Shown here piece after piece: positions 46,064-56,381 of a stretch of 64,000 nucleotides of DNA. The notes beneath the pieces were generated by a model. It searched no databases. It saw only the letters and a program-made list of their open reading frames with translations, and was not told the origin of the DNA. Every line of letters begins with the position of its first letter. The first letter of the stretch is position 1. The position numbers and the translations under genes are program-made. Where the stretch lies: the NCBI GenBank assembly GCA_035940855.1, contig DASZEM010000012.1:130791-194790 (forward strand). Direction: 5' to 3'. This DNA is from Thermoanaerobaculia bacterium. GTDB taxonomy: Bacteria > Acidobacteriota > Thermoanaerobaculia > Multivoradales > UBA5704.

Positions 46064-47455
46064 ATGGATAGCTCCGAATCGCCAAATACCGGGAACGCCC
46101 GCCGAGGGCTCCCGCCGCTCGACCGGCTGCTGAACCACCCGGTGGTTGCGCGTCTCATTCCATTATACGGTCGGGATCAGGTAAGGGTCCAAGCGCGGCG
46201 CGTGGTGGAGGAGCTGCGGGGCCGGCTGGCCGCCGATCCGCCGCCTCCCGCGGAGGAGGTGGAGAGCGCCGTCGCCGGCCTGCCGGAGCGCATCGCCGCC
46301 GAGACGGAGACGCTCCTCGGGCGTCCTCTCCGGCGCGTCCTGAACGCCACGGGCGTCTTCCTCCACACCAATCTCGGGCGCGCGCCCCTGCCGGAGGCGG
46401 TGGCGCGCGCCCTGCCGCCCCTGCTCGACGCCTATTGCGATCTGGAGATCGATCTCGCGACCGGCCGGCGGGGAGAGCGCAACGGCCGGGCCGAGCGCCT
46501 GCTGACGGCGCTCACCGGGGCCGAGGCCGCCCTGGTGGTCAACAACAACGCGGCGGCCCTGGTGGTCGCGCTCGCGGCGCTCGCCAGGGACCGCGAGGTG
46601 GTGGTGTCGCGCGGCGAGCTGGTCGAGATCGGCGGCTCGTTCCGCATCCCGGAGATCCTGGCCGCTGCCGGAGCCCGGCTGGTGGAGGTGGGCGCGACGA
46701 ACCGCACCCGGCCGCGCGACTACGAGGCGGCCGTGGGACCGCAGACGGCCCTGCTGCTCAAGGTTTTTCCGAGCAATTTCCGGCAGACGGGGTTCGTCGC
46801 CTCGGTCGAGCCCGGCGAGCTCGTGGAGATCTCCCGGCGCACGGGAGTGCCGGTGCTGGTGGACGAGGGGAGCGGCCTGCTGCGCCCCCACGGCGCGCCG
46901 CAGCTCGCCGGCCACCCGAGCCTGGCGGAGCTGATGGGCCGCGGCTGCGACCTCGCTTGCGGCAGCGGCGACAAGCTCCTGGGCGGCCCGCAGGCGGGGA
47001 TCCTGGTGGGCCGCGCCCCGCTGATCGAGCGCTGCCGGCGCCATCCCCTGTACCGCGCCCTGCGCCCGGACCGGACGGCCCTCGCCGCGCTCGAAGGGGT
47101 GCTCCGGCTGCACCTCGCGGGCGCCTCCCTGCCGCTCGACCGCCTCTGGCCTGACGCCGACGCCCACCGCGCCCGCCTGGAGCGGGCCGCCGCGGAGCTT
47201 GGGGCCGAGATCGTGCCCGCCGAGGCCTTCCTGGGCGGCGGCTCGGCGCCGGAGGTGCCCATCCCCGGCGAGGCGCTGGCCCTGCCCGGCGGCGACTCCC
47301 TGCTCGCCCGTCTCCGCCAGGGGGATCCGCCCGTCGTCGGCTATCTCCGCCAGGACCGGCTGCACCTGGATCTCCGCACCGTCGCCCCCGAGGACGACGA
47401 AGCTCTGATTCTTTGCGTACAAGCGGCCGTCCAAGCCGCGATCCAAAATGGCTAG
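46064..47455 (+). CDS. selA: L-seryl-tRNA(Sec) selenium transferase.
   Basis: PLP-lysine region 'DLACGSGDKLLGGPQAGIL' and 'NATGVFLHTNLGRAPL' are SelA signatures. Confidence 0.9.
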   Translation: MDSSESPNTGNARRGLPPLDRLLNHPVVARLIPLYGRDQVRVQARRVVEELRGRLAADPPPPAEEVESAVAGLPERIAAETETLLGRPLRRVLNATGVFLHTNLGRAPLPEAVARALPPLLDAYCDLEIDLATGRRGERNGRAERLLTALTGAEAALVVNNNAAALVVALAALARDREVVVSRGELVEIGGSFRIPEILAAAGARLVEVGATNRTRPRDYEAAVGPQTALLLKVFPSNFRQTGFVASVEPGELVEISRRTGVPVLVDEGSGLLRPHGAPQLAGHPSLAELMGRGCDLACGSGDKLLGGPQAGILVGRAPLIERCRRHPLYRALRPDRTALAALEGVLRLHLAGASLPLDRLWPDADAHRARLERAAAELGAEIVPAEAFLGGGSAPEVPIPGEALALPGGDSLLARLRQGDPPVVGYLRQDRLHLDLRTVAPEDDEALILCVQAAVQAAIQNG

Positions 47456-48794
47456 CGGCCGCGTCCTCATCGTCGAAGACCGCGACTCGCTGCGCCGCAT
47501 GCTGGAGCGGGCGCTCGGGCAGGAGGGGTACGAGGTGACGGCCGCCGCGGACGGCCGGGCCGGCATCCGGCTGCTGGGGGAGCGCCCGTTCGATTTCGTG
47601 CTCACCGACCTCAAGCTCCCGGACGTCTCGGGCCTGGAGGTGCTGGAGGCGAGCCGGGCGGCCCAGCCGAGCGTGCCGGTGGTGGTGCTCACGGGCTTCG
47701 GCACGGTGGGCACGGCGGTGGAGGCCATGAAGCTCGGGGCCTACGACTTTCTCGAAAAGCCGCTGGAGATCGACGACCTCTCGCGCCTGATCGAGCGGGC
47801 CGTCAGTGAACGGAGCGGGCAAGGTGACGCGGCCGTCTTCCGCGCTCCCGGGGCGCCGCCCATCGTGGGGTGCCATCCGCTCCTGCGGGCCGCCCTGCGC
47901 CTGCTCCAGCGGGTGGGCCCCAAGGAGAGCACCGTGCTGCTGACCGGCGAGAGCGGCACGGGCAAGGAGCTCTTCGCCCGCGCGATCCACGCGCTGTCGC
48001 CCCGGCGGGAGGGGCCGTGCGTGGCGCTCAACTGCGCCGCCATCCCGGAGTCGCTGATCGAGAACGAGCTGTTCGGACACGAGAAGGGGGCCTTCACGGG
48101 CGCCGACCGCCGCCAGCCGGGGAGGTTCGAGCTCGCCCAGGGAGGCACCCTGTTCCTGGACGAGATCGGCGAGCTGCCGCTGGGGGTTCAGGGCAAGGTG
48201 CTGCGCGCCCTGGAGGAGCGGACGTTCGAGCGCGTGGGCGGCGGCCGGACGATGCGGGCCGACGCGCGGCTGGTCGCCGCCACTAACCGGGACCTCGCGG
48301 CCATGGTCGAGGAGGGGGAGTTCCGGGCCGACCTGTTCTTCCGGCTGAACGTCTTCCCGATCGAGCTGCCGCCGCTGCGCGAGCGGTCGAGCGACGTTCC
48401 CCTGCTCGCCCGCCACCTGCTCGGGGAGATCGCCCGCCGGCACCACATCGACCCGCCGCCGCGGCTGGAGGAGGGGGCCGCCGAGCTGCTCGCCGGAGAG
48501 CCCTGGCCGGGCAACGTGCGCGAGCTGGCGAACGTCCTCGAGCGGGCGGTGATCCTGACCGAGGGACCCGCGATCCGCGCCGCCGACGTGAAGCCGCTGC
48601 TGCGCCCGCTGACTGGACCGGCCGGGTCAGCCGGGCCGGCCGCGGCGACCGAGCGCGACCGCATCAAGCAGGCGCTCACCGAGGCCGACGGCGACAAGCG
48701 CCGGGCGGCCGAGATCCTGGGCGTGAGCTACCGCTCTCTCCTGCGCAAGGTCAAGGAGCACGACCTGGAGGGCGTGCCCCGGTACCGCGAATAA
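47448..48794 (+). CDS. Sigma-54-dependent response regulator (NtrC/PilR family enhancer-binding protein). Its start overlaps the selA stop by 8 nt.
   Basis: REC domain ('[12 protein letters not shown]'), AAA+ sigma-54 interaction domain ('[15 protein letters not shown]', the GAFTGA motif '[10 protein letters not shown]', 'PGNVREL') and a C-terminal Fis-type HTH. Confidence 0.9.
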   Translation: MASGRVLIVEDRDSLRRMLERALGQEGYEVTAAADGRAGIRLLGERPFDFVLTDLKLPDVSGLEVLEASRAAQPSVPVVVLTGFGTVGTAVEAMKLGAYDFLEKPLEIDDLSRLIERAVSERSGQGDAAVFRAPGAPPIVGCHPLLRAALRLLQRVGPKESTVLLTGESGTGKELFARAIHALSPRREGPCVALNCAAIPESLIENELFGHEKGAFTGADRRQPGRFELAQGGTLFLDEIGELPLGVQGKVLRALEERTFERVGGGRTMRADARLVAATNRDLAAMVEEGEFRADLFFRLNVFPIELPPLRERSSDVPLLARHLLGEIARRHHIDPPPRLEEGAAELLAGEPWPGNVRELANVLERAVILTEGPAIRAADVKPLLRPLTGPAGSAGPAAATERDRIKQALTEADGDKRRAAEILGVSYRSLLRKVKEHDLEGVPRYRE

Positions 48795-48802
48795 GGCCGG
48801 GC

Positions 48803-49540
48803 CTACCTCGGCGGAGAGGAATCCCCGGGCTTCGGTTCGTCAGAACCCCCCGGACCAACGTCCAGCGGCAGGCCCCGGGGCTCGAACGTCACCTTGGCGA
48901 AGACGGTGTAGGGGCCGGAAAAGGTGGCCCGGAAGTCGATCGTGCCCCAGGGCTGGATCGTGCTCGCGGAGAGAAGCCCGGCGGTTCTCCCCAGGCTGTT
49001 GCCGTCTTCGTCGTAGAGCTGCACCTCGACCGACGCGTTGACGACCAGGCGGTCCGTCGTGTTGTGCAGAGTGCCCTGGATCTCCAGCCCGCCCTGGGGA
49101 GCATCGGCCTGCTTCCAGGAGCTGACGGTCACGGGGCCGGCCGTGCCGGGCGCAAGTTGAGCCCCCTCCGGCTCGTCCGGGGGCGCCACCACGGCGGAGG
49201 TCACCGCCGGGGGCTTGCGGAAGCTCTGGTCCGTCAGCACGGCGAGCTTCTTCTTCGGGGGCTCCGGCGCGGCGGGCTTCCCGGCCTGGGCCTGGGCCTC
49301 GCCGGTGGCCTCGCGGCTGGCGTCGAGGTCCACCTCCGCGAGCCGCAGCGAGCCGAGCGAGCCGTCGGCCTGGGTGAAGACGACCAGCTTCCCCTTGACC
49401 TGCCAGGGACCCTTCGTCTCCACGCGCCCGCCGGCTCGCGTCAGCAGCCAGTCGCCGGCCGCGGGCGAGCCCCCGGCCAGGATCCCCAGGATCCCCAGGA
49501 GGCCGAGAGCGGCCCCTCGTGTCATGTGTCTGCGCTTCAT
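48803..49540 (-). CDS. Secreted protein, paralog 1 of a tandem pair downstream of pilY1 (possibly an FxLYD-type C-terminal domain).
   Basis: A signal peptide, then 'GDWLLTRAGGRVETKGPWQVKGKLVVF...LRLAEVDLDAS'. The C-terminus has 'VEVQLYDEDG'. Confidence 0.55.
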   Translation of the reverse strand: MKRRHMTRGAALGLLGILGILAGGSPAAGDWLLTRAGGRVETKGPWQVKGKLVVFTQADGSLGSLRLAEVDLDASREATGEAQAQAGKPAAPEPPKKKLAVLTDQSFRKPPAVTSAVVAPPDEPEGAQLAPGTAGPVTVSSWKQADAPQGGLEIQGTLHNTTDRLVVNASVEVQLYDEDGNSLGRTAGLLSASTIQPWGTIDFRATFSGPYTVFAKVTFEPRGLPLDVGPGGSDEPKPGDSSPPR

Positions 49541-50265
49541 GGGTTCTCCTTCTCCTGCGCCGGCTCCCCGACAGGCGGCGGCTCGGGCCTGGCGGGGGTG
49601 CCGGTACCCTTGGGATCGAATTTCACGTCGGAGTAGGTCGTGACGCCCGGGAAGGCCACCTGGAATCCGCTCTGCTGGCCGGGCTCGAGCACCGTGGACG
49701 TGAGCACCGCCTGCCCGGTCGCCGCGGGCTGGCCCGTGGCGTCCAGGAGCTGGACGGACAGCGTGAGGTCCGTGGCGTTCACGCCGGAGGAGTTCTGGAG
49801 CGTCCCGGTGATCACCACGTCCCCATCGGCCGAAGCCGGCGAGCGTTCCCAGTTCGTGACGGTGAGCCTCGGCGCGGTCCCCGCGGTCCCCGCGGTCCCC
49901 GCGGTCGGGGAGGCCGCCGCCGGAGCGACGCCCACGGCCTCCACGTGCCGGACCTTGTCATCCGTGAGCACCAGGACCGGGACCTTCTTCTCCGGCGCCC
50001 GCGTGGCCGCCGTCGCCGCCGCCTGGCGGGCGTGCTCGGCATCCGCCGTGGCGCGCCCGCTGGCGTCGAGGTCCACCTCCGCGAGGCGCAGCGACGACAG
50101 GGCTCCGTCCGGGGTGTGGAACACCACCAGCCTGCCCTTCACCTGCCAGGCGCCGCGGGTCTCGACCCGGCCGCCCGCGCGGGTCACCAGCCAGTCGGCC
50201 GAGGCCGGCCCCACGGTCGACAGCGCGGCCAGAAGCGCCAGGGACGCCGCGGTGCTCCTCCTCAA
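49537..50265 (-). CDS. Secreted protein, paralog 2 (TTG start with a GGAGGGAG RBS). Its start overlaps the pilY1 stop.
   Basis: 'ADWLVTRAGGRVETRGAWQVKGRLVVF...LRLAEVDLDAS' is colinear with paralog 1. Confidence 0.55.
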   Translation of the reverse strand: MRRSTAASLALLAALSTVGPASADWLVTRAGGRVETRGAWQVKGRLVVFHTPDGALSSLRLAEVDLDASGRATADAEHARQAAATAATRAPEKKVPVLVLTDDKVRHVEAVGVAPAAASPTAGTAGTAGTAPRLTVTNWERSPASADGDVVITGTLQNSSGVNATDLTLSVQLLDATGQPAATGQAVLTSTVLEPGQQSGFQVAFPGVTTYSDVKFDPKGTGTPARPEPPPVGEPAQEKENP

Positions 50266-53200
50266 TGCTCCCTCCAGTTCTTGTCGATCGTGCAGACCGG
50301 GACCGGCGCGATGCAGAACAGCCGGGTGTCGGACGAGATGGTCTTGATGTCGATCGTCTGGTTGCTGAACTTGCAATTGATCGGGAAGATGCTCTTGAGG
50401 CTCTGCTTCAGGCGGTCCTGCGTGGGCGTGTCGCAGATCTCCACCGGCGAGGTGCCGGTGCCCCCGGTGCCGCCCGTGCCCCCGGTCCCGCCGGGGACCG
50501 AGTTCTTGGTCTGGCGCGACTCGGTATAGGGGTTGGTCACGAAGCCCGTGATCTTGAAGCTGCGCACCAGGCCGGTGCCGCTGTCGAGATAGGGGTTGCC
50601 GTTCACCGTTGACACGATGTAGACGTGGCTGTCCCCTTCCCGGGAGCAGAGCGCGTTCTTCGCCGTGGGGTCCGGGGGCGGGTTGGGCGTGAACGTCGAG
50701 AAGAAGGAGACTCCCGACAGCGCGAAGGGATCGGTGATCAGGCGCTCGTTGGTGGCGAGCTCCAGGTACCAGCCCCGGCTGCCCAGGATGGTCCCGAACA
50801 GGTAATCCGTGGCCGTGGAGGCCCCGGCCACGGTGATGCGCGTGAGCCGGCTCTCGTCGAGCACGGTGCCGGAGGGCAACAGGTCCGTGTCGTCGACGAA
50901 GACGTAGAAACGGCCCGCGGGCTCGTTCTTGCTGGCCCAGAGGTCCTCGCGGTCGCCGGTGCCGAAGGACAGGGCATAGAGGCCGAGCCTGGGGACGAAG
51001 ATCACCGACGGGCGGTAGTAGACCGCGCGGGCCTGGCCGTTGAGCAGGCCCACGCTGGCGTCGAAGATCGCGCGGGGGATCCAGGCGGTTTCGTCCACCC
51101 GCGGGACGTTGTAGTTGAGCCCGTCCATGGCGCGGACCGACTTGTTGACCAGGGCCGGGTACTTGCCCGCCGAGTTGGGACCCAGGTCGACCCGGTAGAT
51201 CTTGCCCGAGCCGGTTCCGACGTAGATCCGGTCGATGGCGCCGTCCTGGTCGGTGTCCACCGCGGCGGGCTCGCTGGGGATGATGCCCTCCAGCGGGCGC
51301 TTGTAGATCGCCTTGCCGGTCTCGACGTCGACCATGTAGAGCCAGTAGGCCCGGGACGGGGCTTTCGGGGCGGTCTTGCCGGTCTGATCGAAACCGCCGC
51401 CCACGATCATGACGAACTTGTCCACGGTCTTGCCGCCCTCGGTGATCCGGATGCGTCCGACGTTGGGGATCGACCAGGTGAAGCCGAGGTCCGAGATGCT
51501 GTTGTTGTCCTCGTCCAGGCGCACGGCCGTGCCCGAGGCGTTGCGCACCGAATCGGTGAACTCCCAGAGCGCCGCCGGGAAGGGCAGCGGACCGCAGTCC
51601 GCGGTCCCGCCGCCCGGCGGGGACGGCGGAACCGACGTCCCGTTGTCACCCCGCGTGCAGGACGGGAGGTAGTCGTTCACGCCGGGGTTGGGGGCGACGA
51701 AGGAGGGACTGCTCGAAAGGAGCGACTTCGGCACCGACTTGTTCGACGGCGGGGGCACCAGGAGCTTGAGGACGTTGGGATCGGTGACCGGCGGCACCTT
51801 CTCCACGACCAACTCGTCGGGCTGGGTGATGTCCAGGGCGTAATAGGAGGAGCCGCCCTCGCGCATGCCGCCGAAGACCACCGTGCGCCACTCGCGCTCG
51901 CCGGCCGTGGGCGTGCCGTTGTGCAGGGGATCGATGAAGACGTCGCCGGCCGTCACCGTGCCGTCGACCCCCCACTGGTGGAAGCTGGCCGAGGTGATGG
52001 TGCGGACGATGGGCATCGCCTCGCGCGGGATATAGGCGAACAGCTCGCGGCCGACGCCGTTGTTGAACTGCGTGCGGTCCTTCAGCGCGTTGGCCTTCGC
52101 CACCTCGCCGTCGTACCGGCCCGCGTCGAAGGCGTGCAGCATGCCGTCGTTGGCGCCCATCAGGAGCATCCTGCGCCGCAGCTCGTGCTTGCGGAAGAAG
52201 GCGCGGTAGCCGTTGAGGTCGGCGTTGAAGTAGAGCGTGTTCGGAGGGGCGCCCACGACCAGGGGGTTGGAGTGGAAGATGTCCCCCAGGAGATACCGGA
52301 ACGTGGTCTTGACCCCCGTCTTGGAGTCGGTCTCGACGTGGACCTTGACGGCGAAGGTCTTCTGGAGGACGTCCAGGGTGGTCGTCTTGGCGGCGTTCTC
52401 CGAGACCGGGTCCCCGGCGGTGAACGGGATCTCGAAGCCCCGCCAGAGGTCCTGCCAGACCGTGGTCTGCGCGGCCGCGGGCGCCTCGAGCAGCCGCCGC
52501 TTGTCCGCGAACAGCCCGGTGGTGCTGTCCTGCGAATAGTAGACGCGCCGCTGGTCGGCGAGCCCACCCAGGGGATCCGCGTTCGTCTGGTCGAGCATGG
52601 CCTTGCCGGAGTCCCAGAGGTTCTTGCCGACGTCGGGCGTGCCGTCCGGCAGCGTCGGCACGGGCTTGAGGAAGCCGTTGACGTGGCCGTCCCAGGCCGC
52701 CGTGGCGTTGAAGGGGGTGAAGTTGGTGAGGAAGACCTTGTCCGCGACGATCGCCTGGACGGAAGGCACGGCGGCGGAGGCGAAGGCCCTCGACTGCGCC
52801 TTGATCTCGCCCAGGATCTTGAGCAGCTCCGCCCTCAGGTCGGAGGCGTTCTGGGGGCACAGCAGCGTGCCGTCGGTGTTCTGGGTCATGCACTTGAGCG
52901 GGTTGCCGACCTTCGAGCAGTCGGCGCCGTAGGCGATGGACCAGGTGCGGATGCCGGCCTTCCGGAAGTTCGCCGTCTCGGCGCACGGATCCTCGCCCTT
53001 GCAGGTGTCGTTGCCGTCGCTGATGACGATCAGGTACGGCCGGCGGCACCCGGAGTCGCGGTCGTTGGCGATGTCGACCGCCTCCCAGCCGGGGTTGTAG
53101 GCGACGTCCCTGCACTTGCCGCCTTCGCCCAGGTAGAAGCAGCGGAAGTCGTTGATCGCCTTGCCGAGCGGCGTCGGGCCGGTGGCGAAGAGGGGCGACC

Positions 53201-54506
53201 GGTCCGCGTTGAGGAGCTTGAGCGCCCCCGTGGTCGCGTCGATCTGGTTGCCGAAATAGGAGGCGGCGCGGAAGTCGGGAGCCCCGTCGGACTGGCTGGG
53301 CGCCAGGCGGCTCAGCAGCTCGTCCTTGTTCTCCACCCGCCAGTCGAAGGGCAGCACGTCGCCGCGGTCGAGGGGCCGGCCGAGGGCGTCGAACTGCGTG
53401 GTGCGCTTCAGGTTGTAGCAGGTCGCCGCGTTCGCCGGGTCCTTGCAGTAGCGGTCCAGGGACTGGATCGTGACGCCGGCGGGAACGCTGCCGCTCGTGG
53501 CGCCGTCGTAGTTGCCATCCCAGCCTTCGCCGGAGAAGGGGTGGGCCGAGGTGCAGTTCGCCACGTTGGCGATGTCCTTGTTGTCCCAGAAGCCCGCCAC
53601 GGAATCGACGCCGGAGCTCGAGTTGTCCTGGGGCGCCGTCGCCGTGCCCCGGTTCTCGTCGAACATGAGGAAGTCGGTCCACAGCTCGAGGTCGAGGTTG
53701 GTGTTGTAGCTCTTGGCGGCCGTGAGCGTCGTGCAGTTGCTGATCTGGTCCAGGGCGAGCTTGACGTTCATGCTGTCCTGGCCGAGCTTGGGGTTGGGGC
53801 TCGTGTCGGGCTTGTTCCCCGGGCGGGTGATGGTGAGCCGGTAGGTCTTGTTGCCGGTCCCGCCGGAGAGCCAGATCACCGTCGTCTCGCTGCCGTCGGC
53901 CCCCAGCTTAGGGACGCGGCTGATCTTCTCCCGCTCCGTGGACAGCTTCAGGGGCGCGGCGCACGTTCCGGCGGTGCAGGTGGTGACGCCGGCGGTGGTG
54001 GTGCAAGCGACGCCGGCGGGCAGGGGGTTGAAACGGGGACCGAAGGTCATCAGGTCGCCCTGGAGGTCGTCCGTCACCGTGCCGTCCGCGTTGATGATCA
54101 CCGGGCCGTTGGCGTCCTTGGCCGGGTAGTCGATCGGCCAGTCGGAGGGCAGGGTCGCGGCGGTGTAGTAGAGCCAGTGCTTGGCGAGCGCGGCCGACTT
54201 GTCCTGGTTCAGGGCCGCGAAGCCGAAGTGGACGTCGTTGACCTCCTTGAGCACCTCGTAGAGCACCCGCTTGACCTGGTAGAGCTTCGACCGCGGGTCG
54301 TCGGCGTTGGCGTGCACCCACTTCCCGTCGGGCGAGAGGCTCATCGAGGCCGACGTGTCGACCAGGACGAACACGAAGGGATTGGAAGACGTCGTCCGCA
54401 GCAGGTCCGTGTCGTTGGACAGGGCCGGCCTGCCGCCCGCGGCCAGCGCGAGGGCCAGGGCGAGGACGAACGCTTTACAGCGCGCGGACTTCCGGAGACG
54501 GGTCAT
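50262..54506 (-). CDS. pilY1: Type IV pilus tip adhesin/biogenesis protein PilY1 (1414 aa) with an N-terminal vWA-like domain and a C-terminal PilY1 beta-propeller.
   Basis: Signal peptide. 'FVFVLVDTSASMS' is a vWA MIDAS motif. The propeller region has 'MLLMGANDGMLHAFDA', 'SSYYALDIT', 'RIYVGTGSGKIYRVDL' and 'GLYALSFGTGDRED'. Confidence 0.8.
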   Translation of the reverse strand: MTRLRKSARCKAFVLALALALAAGGRPALSNDTDLLRTTSSNPFVFVLVDTSASMSLSPDGKWVHANADDPRSKLYQVKRVLYEVLKEVNDVHFGFAALNQDKSAALAKHWLYYTAATLPSDWPIDYPAKDANGPVIINADGTVTDDLQGDLMTFGPRFNPLPAGVACTTTAGVTTCTAGTCAAPLKLSTEREKISRVPKLGADGSETTVIWLSGGTGNKTYRLTITRPGNKPDTSPNPKLGQDSMNVKLALDQISNCTTLTAAKSYNTNLDLELWTDFLMFDENRGTATAPQDNSSSGVDSVAGFWDNKDIANVANCTSAHPFSGEGWDGNYDGATSGSVPAGVTIQSLDRYCKDPANAATCYNLKRTTQFDALGRPLDRGDVLPFDWRVENKDELLSRLAPSQSDGAPDFRAASYFGNQIDATTGALKLLNADRSPLFATGPTPLGKAINDFRCFYLGEGGKCRDVAYNPGWEAVDIANDRDSGCRRPYLIVISDGNDTCKGEDPCAETANFRKAGIRTWSIAYGADCSKVGNPLKCMTQNTDGTLLCPQNASDLRAELLKILGEIKAQSRAFASAAVPSVQAIVADKVFLTNFTPFNATAAWDGHVNGFLKPVPTLPDGTPDVGKNLWDSGKAMLDQTNADPLGGLADQRRVYYSQDSTTGLFADKRRLLEAPAAAQTTVWQDLWRGFEIPFTAGDPVSENAAKTTTLDVLQKTFAVKVHVETDSKTGVKTTFRYLLGDIFHSNPLVVGAPPNTLYFNADLNGYRAFFRKHELRRRMLLMGANDGMLHAFDAGRYDGEVAKANALKDRTQFNNGVGRELFAYIPREAMPIVRTITSASFHQWGVDGTVTAGDVFIDPLHNGTPTAGEREWRTVVFGGMREGGSSYYALDITQPDELVVEKVPPVTDPNVLKLLVPPPSNKSVPKSLLSSSPSFVAPNPGVNDYLPSCTRGDNGTSVPPSPPGGGTADCGPLPFPAALWEFTDSVRNASGTAVRLDEDNNSISDLGFTWSIPNVGRIRITEGGKTVDKFVMIVGGGFDQTGKTAPKAPSRAYWLYMVDVETGKAIYKRPLEGIIPSEPAAVDTDQDGAIDRIYVGTGSGKIYRVDLGPNSAGKYPALVNKSVRAMDGLNYNVPRVDETAWIPRAIFDASVGLLNGQARAVYYRPSVIFVPRLGLYALSFGTGDREDLWASKNEPAGRFYVFVDDTDLLPSGTVLDESRLTRITVAGASTATDYLFGTILGSRGWYLELATNERLITDPFALSGVSFFSTFTPNPPPDPTAKNALCSREGDSHVYIVSTVNGNPYLDSGTGLVRSFKITGFVTNPYTESRQTKNSVPGGTGGTGGTGGTGTSPVEICDTPTQDRLKQSLKSIFPINCKFSNQTIDIKTISSDTRLFCIAPVPVCTIDKNWREH

Positions 54507-54529
54507 GGGAACGCTCCTCTCGAACGGGT

Positions 54530-55096
54530 CTACTTGGACGCATTGGGGTCGACGATGACCTTGTCGAACGGCTGCAGCTCGAACATGGCGCTGACCGTCT
54601 TCTGAGCCACCGGCTGGCGGGTGCCGCCGGCGTCCGAGGTGCCGAACCGCTGGGCCGCGGACTCGACGTAGTAGGTCGTCTTGGCGAAGTCACGGGCGCT
54701 GTAGGTGCCTGCCTGGTTGATCTCGCACAGGTTGCACGGCCCTTCCTGGACCTTGGCGAAGTTCGAGACGGTCACCTGGGTGCCGAACTGCGCGCTGCCG
54801 CTGGTGAACACGGTGCCCGTGTCGCTGAAGAGGTAGGAGTGCGGGCTGAAGTCCCGGCTCACCAGCACCTGGATCTTGGCGGTCTCGACGCCGGAATCCG
54901 CCGCGTAGAAGACGCGGTTGACGGTGCGCTCGTTGGCGCCGATCTGCATCTCGGTCTGGGTGATGAGCGCGAGCGCCAGGCCCAGGATGGTGAGGACGAC
55001 CAGCACCAGGAGGACGGCGACGTAGGCGCTGCCGGCCTCCCCGGGCTTGCCGGCGGGGCGGGCGGACAGGGGGTGAGCTCCGGTGCGCATGGGCAT
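54530..55096 (-). CDS. pilX: Type IV pilus minor pilin/assembly protein PilX.
   Basis: The PilX N-terminal domain pattern 'GSAYVAVLLVLVVLTILGLALALITQTEM'. Confidence 0.7.
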   Translation of the reverse strand: MPMRTGAHPLSARPAGKPGEAGSAYVAVLLVLVVLTILGLALALITQTEMQIGANERTVNRVFYAADSGVETAKIQVLVSRDFSPHSYLFSDTGTVFTSGSAQFGTQVTVSNFAKVQEGPCNLCEINQAGTYSARDFAKTTYYVESAAQRFGTSDAGGTRQPVAQKTVSAMFELQPFDKVIVDPNASK

Positions 55097-55121
55097 TTCT
55101 CCTCGTTCGGCCTCATCGGGC

Positions 55122-56369
55122 CTACAGGTTTCTCACGTCGATGACCGTCCGCTGCGTCCGCCGCCGGTACATCCGCGCGCCGGCGGTGTTCGTGGCCGCG
55201 TCGTTGGTCGCGTAGGAGTGATCCTCCGACCGGGTGAGCAGCGGCGCCTGATAGTCGTGGTCGCGCCGGTCGGTGCGGGCGACCGTCGTCACCCGCACGT
55301 ACTGGAGGGCCGGCTTGGGCGCCGCCTGCCAGGGAGCGTCTTCCGGCTTGTCGGCCGAGGCGTTGAACAGCCAGTCGTCGTTGGTGCCGTCGGCGGTCTC
55401 CAGGATCTGGTCGTCGGTGCCGGTGTCGTCGATGTCGTCCGAGCGGCGCCCGCCGTTGGACGAATCGAAGCCGAAGGCCACCTGGAGGTCCAGGATGTTG
55501 TCCGCCAGGTCTTGCCAGGCGTTGACCGCCTCGCCTTTGTAGGGCAGGTCCGTGTTCGGATAGAAGCGCGCCAGGGCGAGCTTGGGCGTGAGATCGGAGT
55601 TGCGGTCGGCGGCCACGGCGTGCTCCTCCCGCACGTAAAAGCGGTACTCCTCCACGATGCCGGCGAAGGCGATGTTCTGGAGCGACGTCCGGGGGAAGGT
55701 GCCGCCGGTCGAGAGCTTGCCGTAGGCGTTGGACTTGTCGGAGCCCTGGATCTTGAACGACAGGACGACCCGGTCCGTCTCGATGGTGCCGCCCACCAGC
55801 TCGACCACGGCATGGATGCCGTCGTCGGCCGCGCCGGCCAGCAGGATGGCCTCGGGGACGGTGTTGTTGGTGTTGGGGTCCTTGATGGCGTTCTTGAGCG
55901 GCGTCAGGTCCTGCGTGGCGCCGCCGGGGGTGGTGGCCAGGACCGTCAGCTTGCCCGTGTCGGGCGAGTCGTAGGTCACCGAGGCGGCGGAGTTGATCTG
56001 GTAGAGGGTCCCGAAGACGCCACGCACGGTGAGCACGTCGGTGCCCGGCAGGATGCGGGTGGCGGGTTCGGTCCCCACCAGGAACTGGTTGTCCGCGACG
56101 TTGTCGCGCACGGCGAGCGCCACGCCCTGGGGGAAGGGGGACGCGTCGGCGAGCGGCAGGCTGCCACGCCCGGCCATGCGAACGAGCCGCACGATCTGGT
56201 CCTGCGCGACGCGCGACGACTGCTGCATGTCCGACACGTTGGTCTGCACCCTCGCCACCCGGCTGTTGAGGTCGAAGGTGGCCAGCACGGCCAGCAGCAG
56301 GATGCTGGTGACGCCCAGCGCCACGATCATCTCGGCCAGGGTGAAGCCGGCTTCGCGTTTTCTCATCAT
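55122..56369 (-). CDS. pilW: Type IV pilus assembly protein PilW (prepilin-type N-terminal methylation domain).
   Basis: 'EAGFTLAEMIVALGVTSILLLAV' is a class III signal. Confidence 0.75.
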   Translation of the reverse strand: MMRKREAGFTLAEMIVALGVTSILLLAVLATFDLNSRVARVQTNVSDMQQSSRVAQDQIVRLVRMAGRGSLPLADASPFPQGVALAVRDNVADNQFLVGTEPATRILPGTDVLTVRGVFGTLYQINSAASVTYDSPDTGKLTVLATTPGGATQDLTPLKNAIKDPNTNNTVPEAILLAGAADDGIHAVVELVGGTIETDRVVLSFKIQGSDKSNAYGKLSTGGTFPRTSLQNIAFAGIVEEYRFYVREEHAVAADRNSDLTPKLALARFYPNTDLPYKGEAVNAWQDLADNILDLQVAFGFDSSNGGRRSDDIDDTGTDDQILETADGTNDDWLFNASADKPEDAPWQAAPKPALQYVRVTTVARTDRRDHDYQAPLLTRSEDHSYATNDAATNTAGARMYRRRTQRTVIDVRNL

Positions 56370-56381
56370 GTCTTCGCTCTC

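Noticed and set aside
50625-54605. A 1326-aa plus-strand ORF.
   Set aside because: Antisense to pilY1. Its composition is dominated by Gly/Arg/Val/Asp from the GC3 bias of the real gene.
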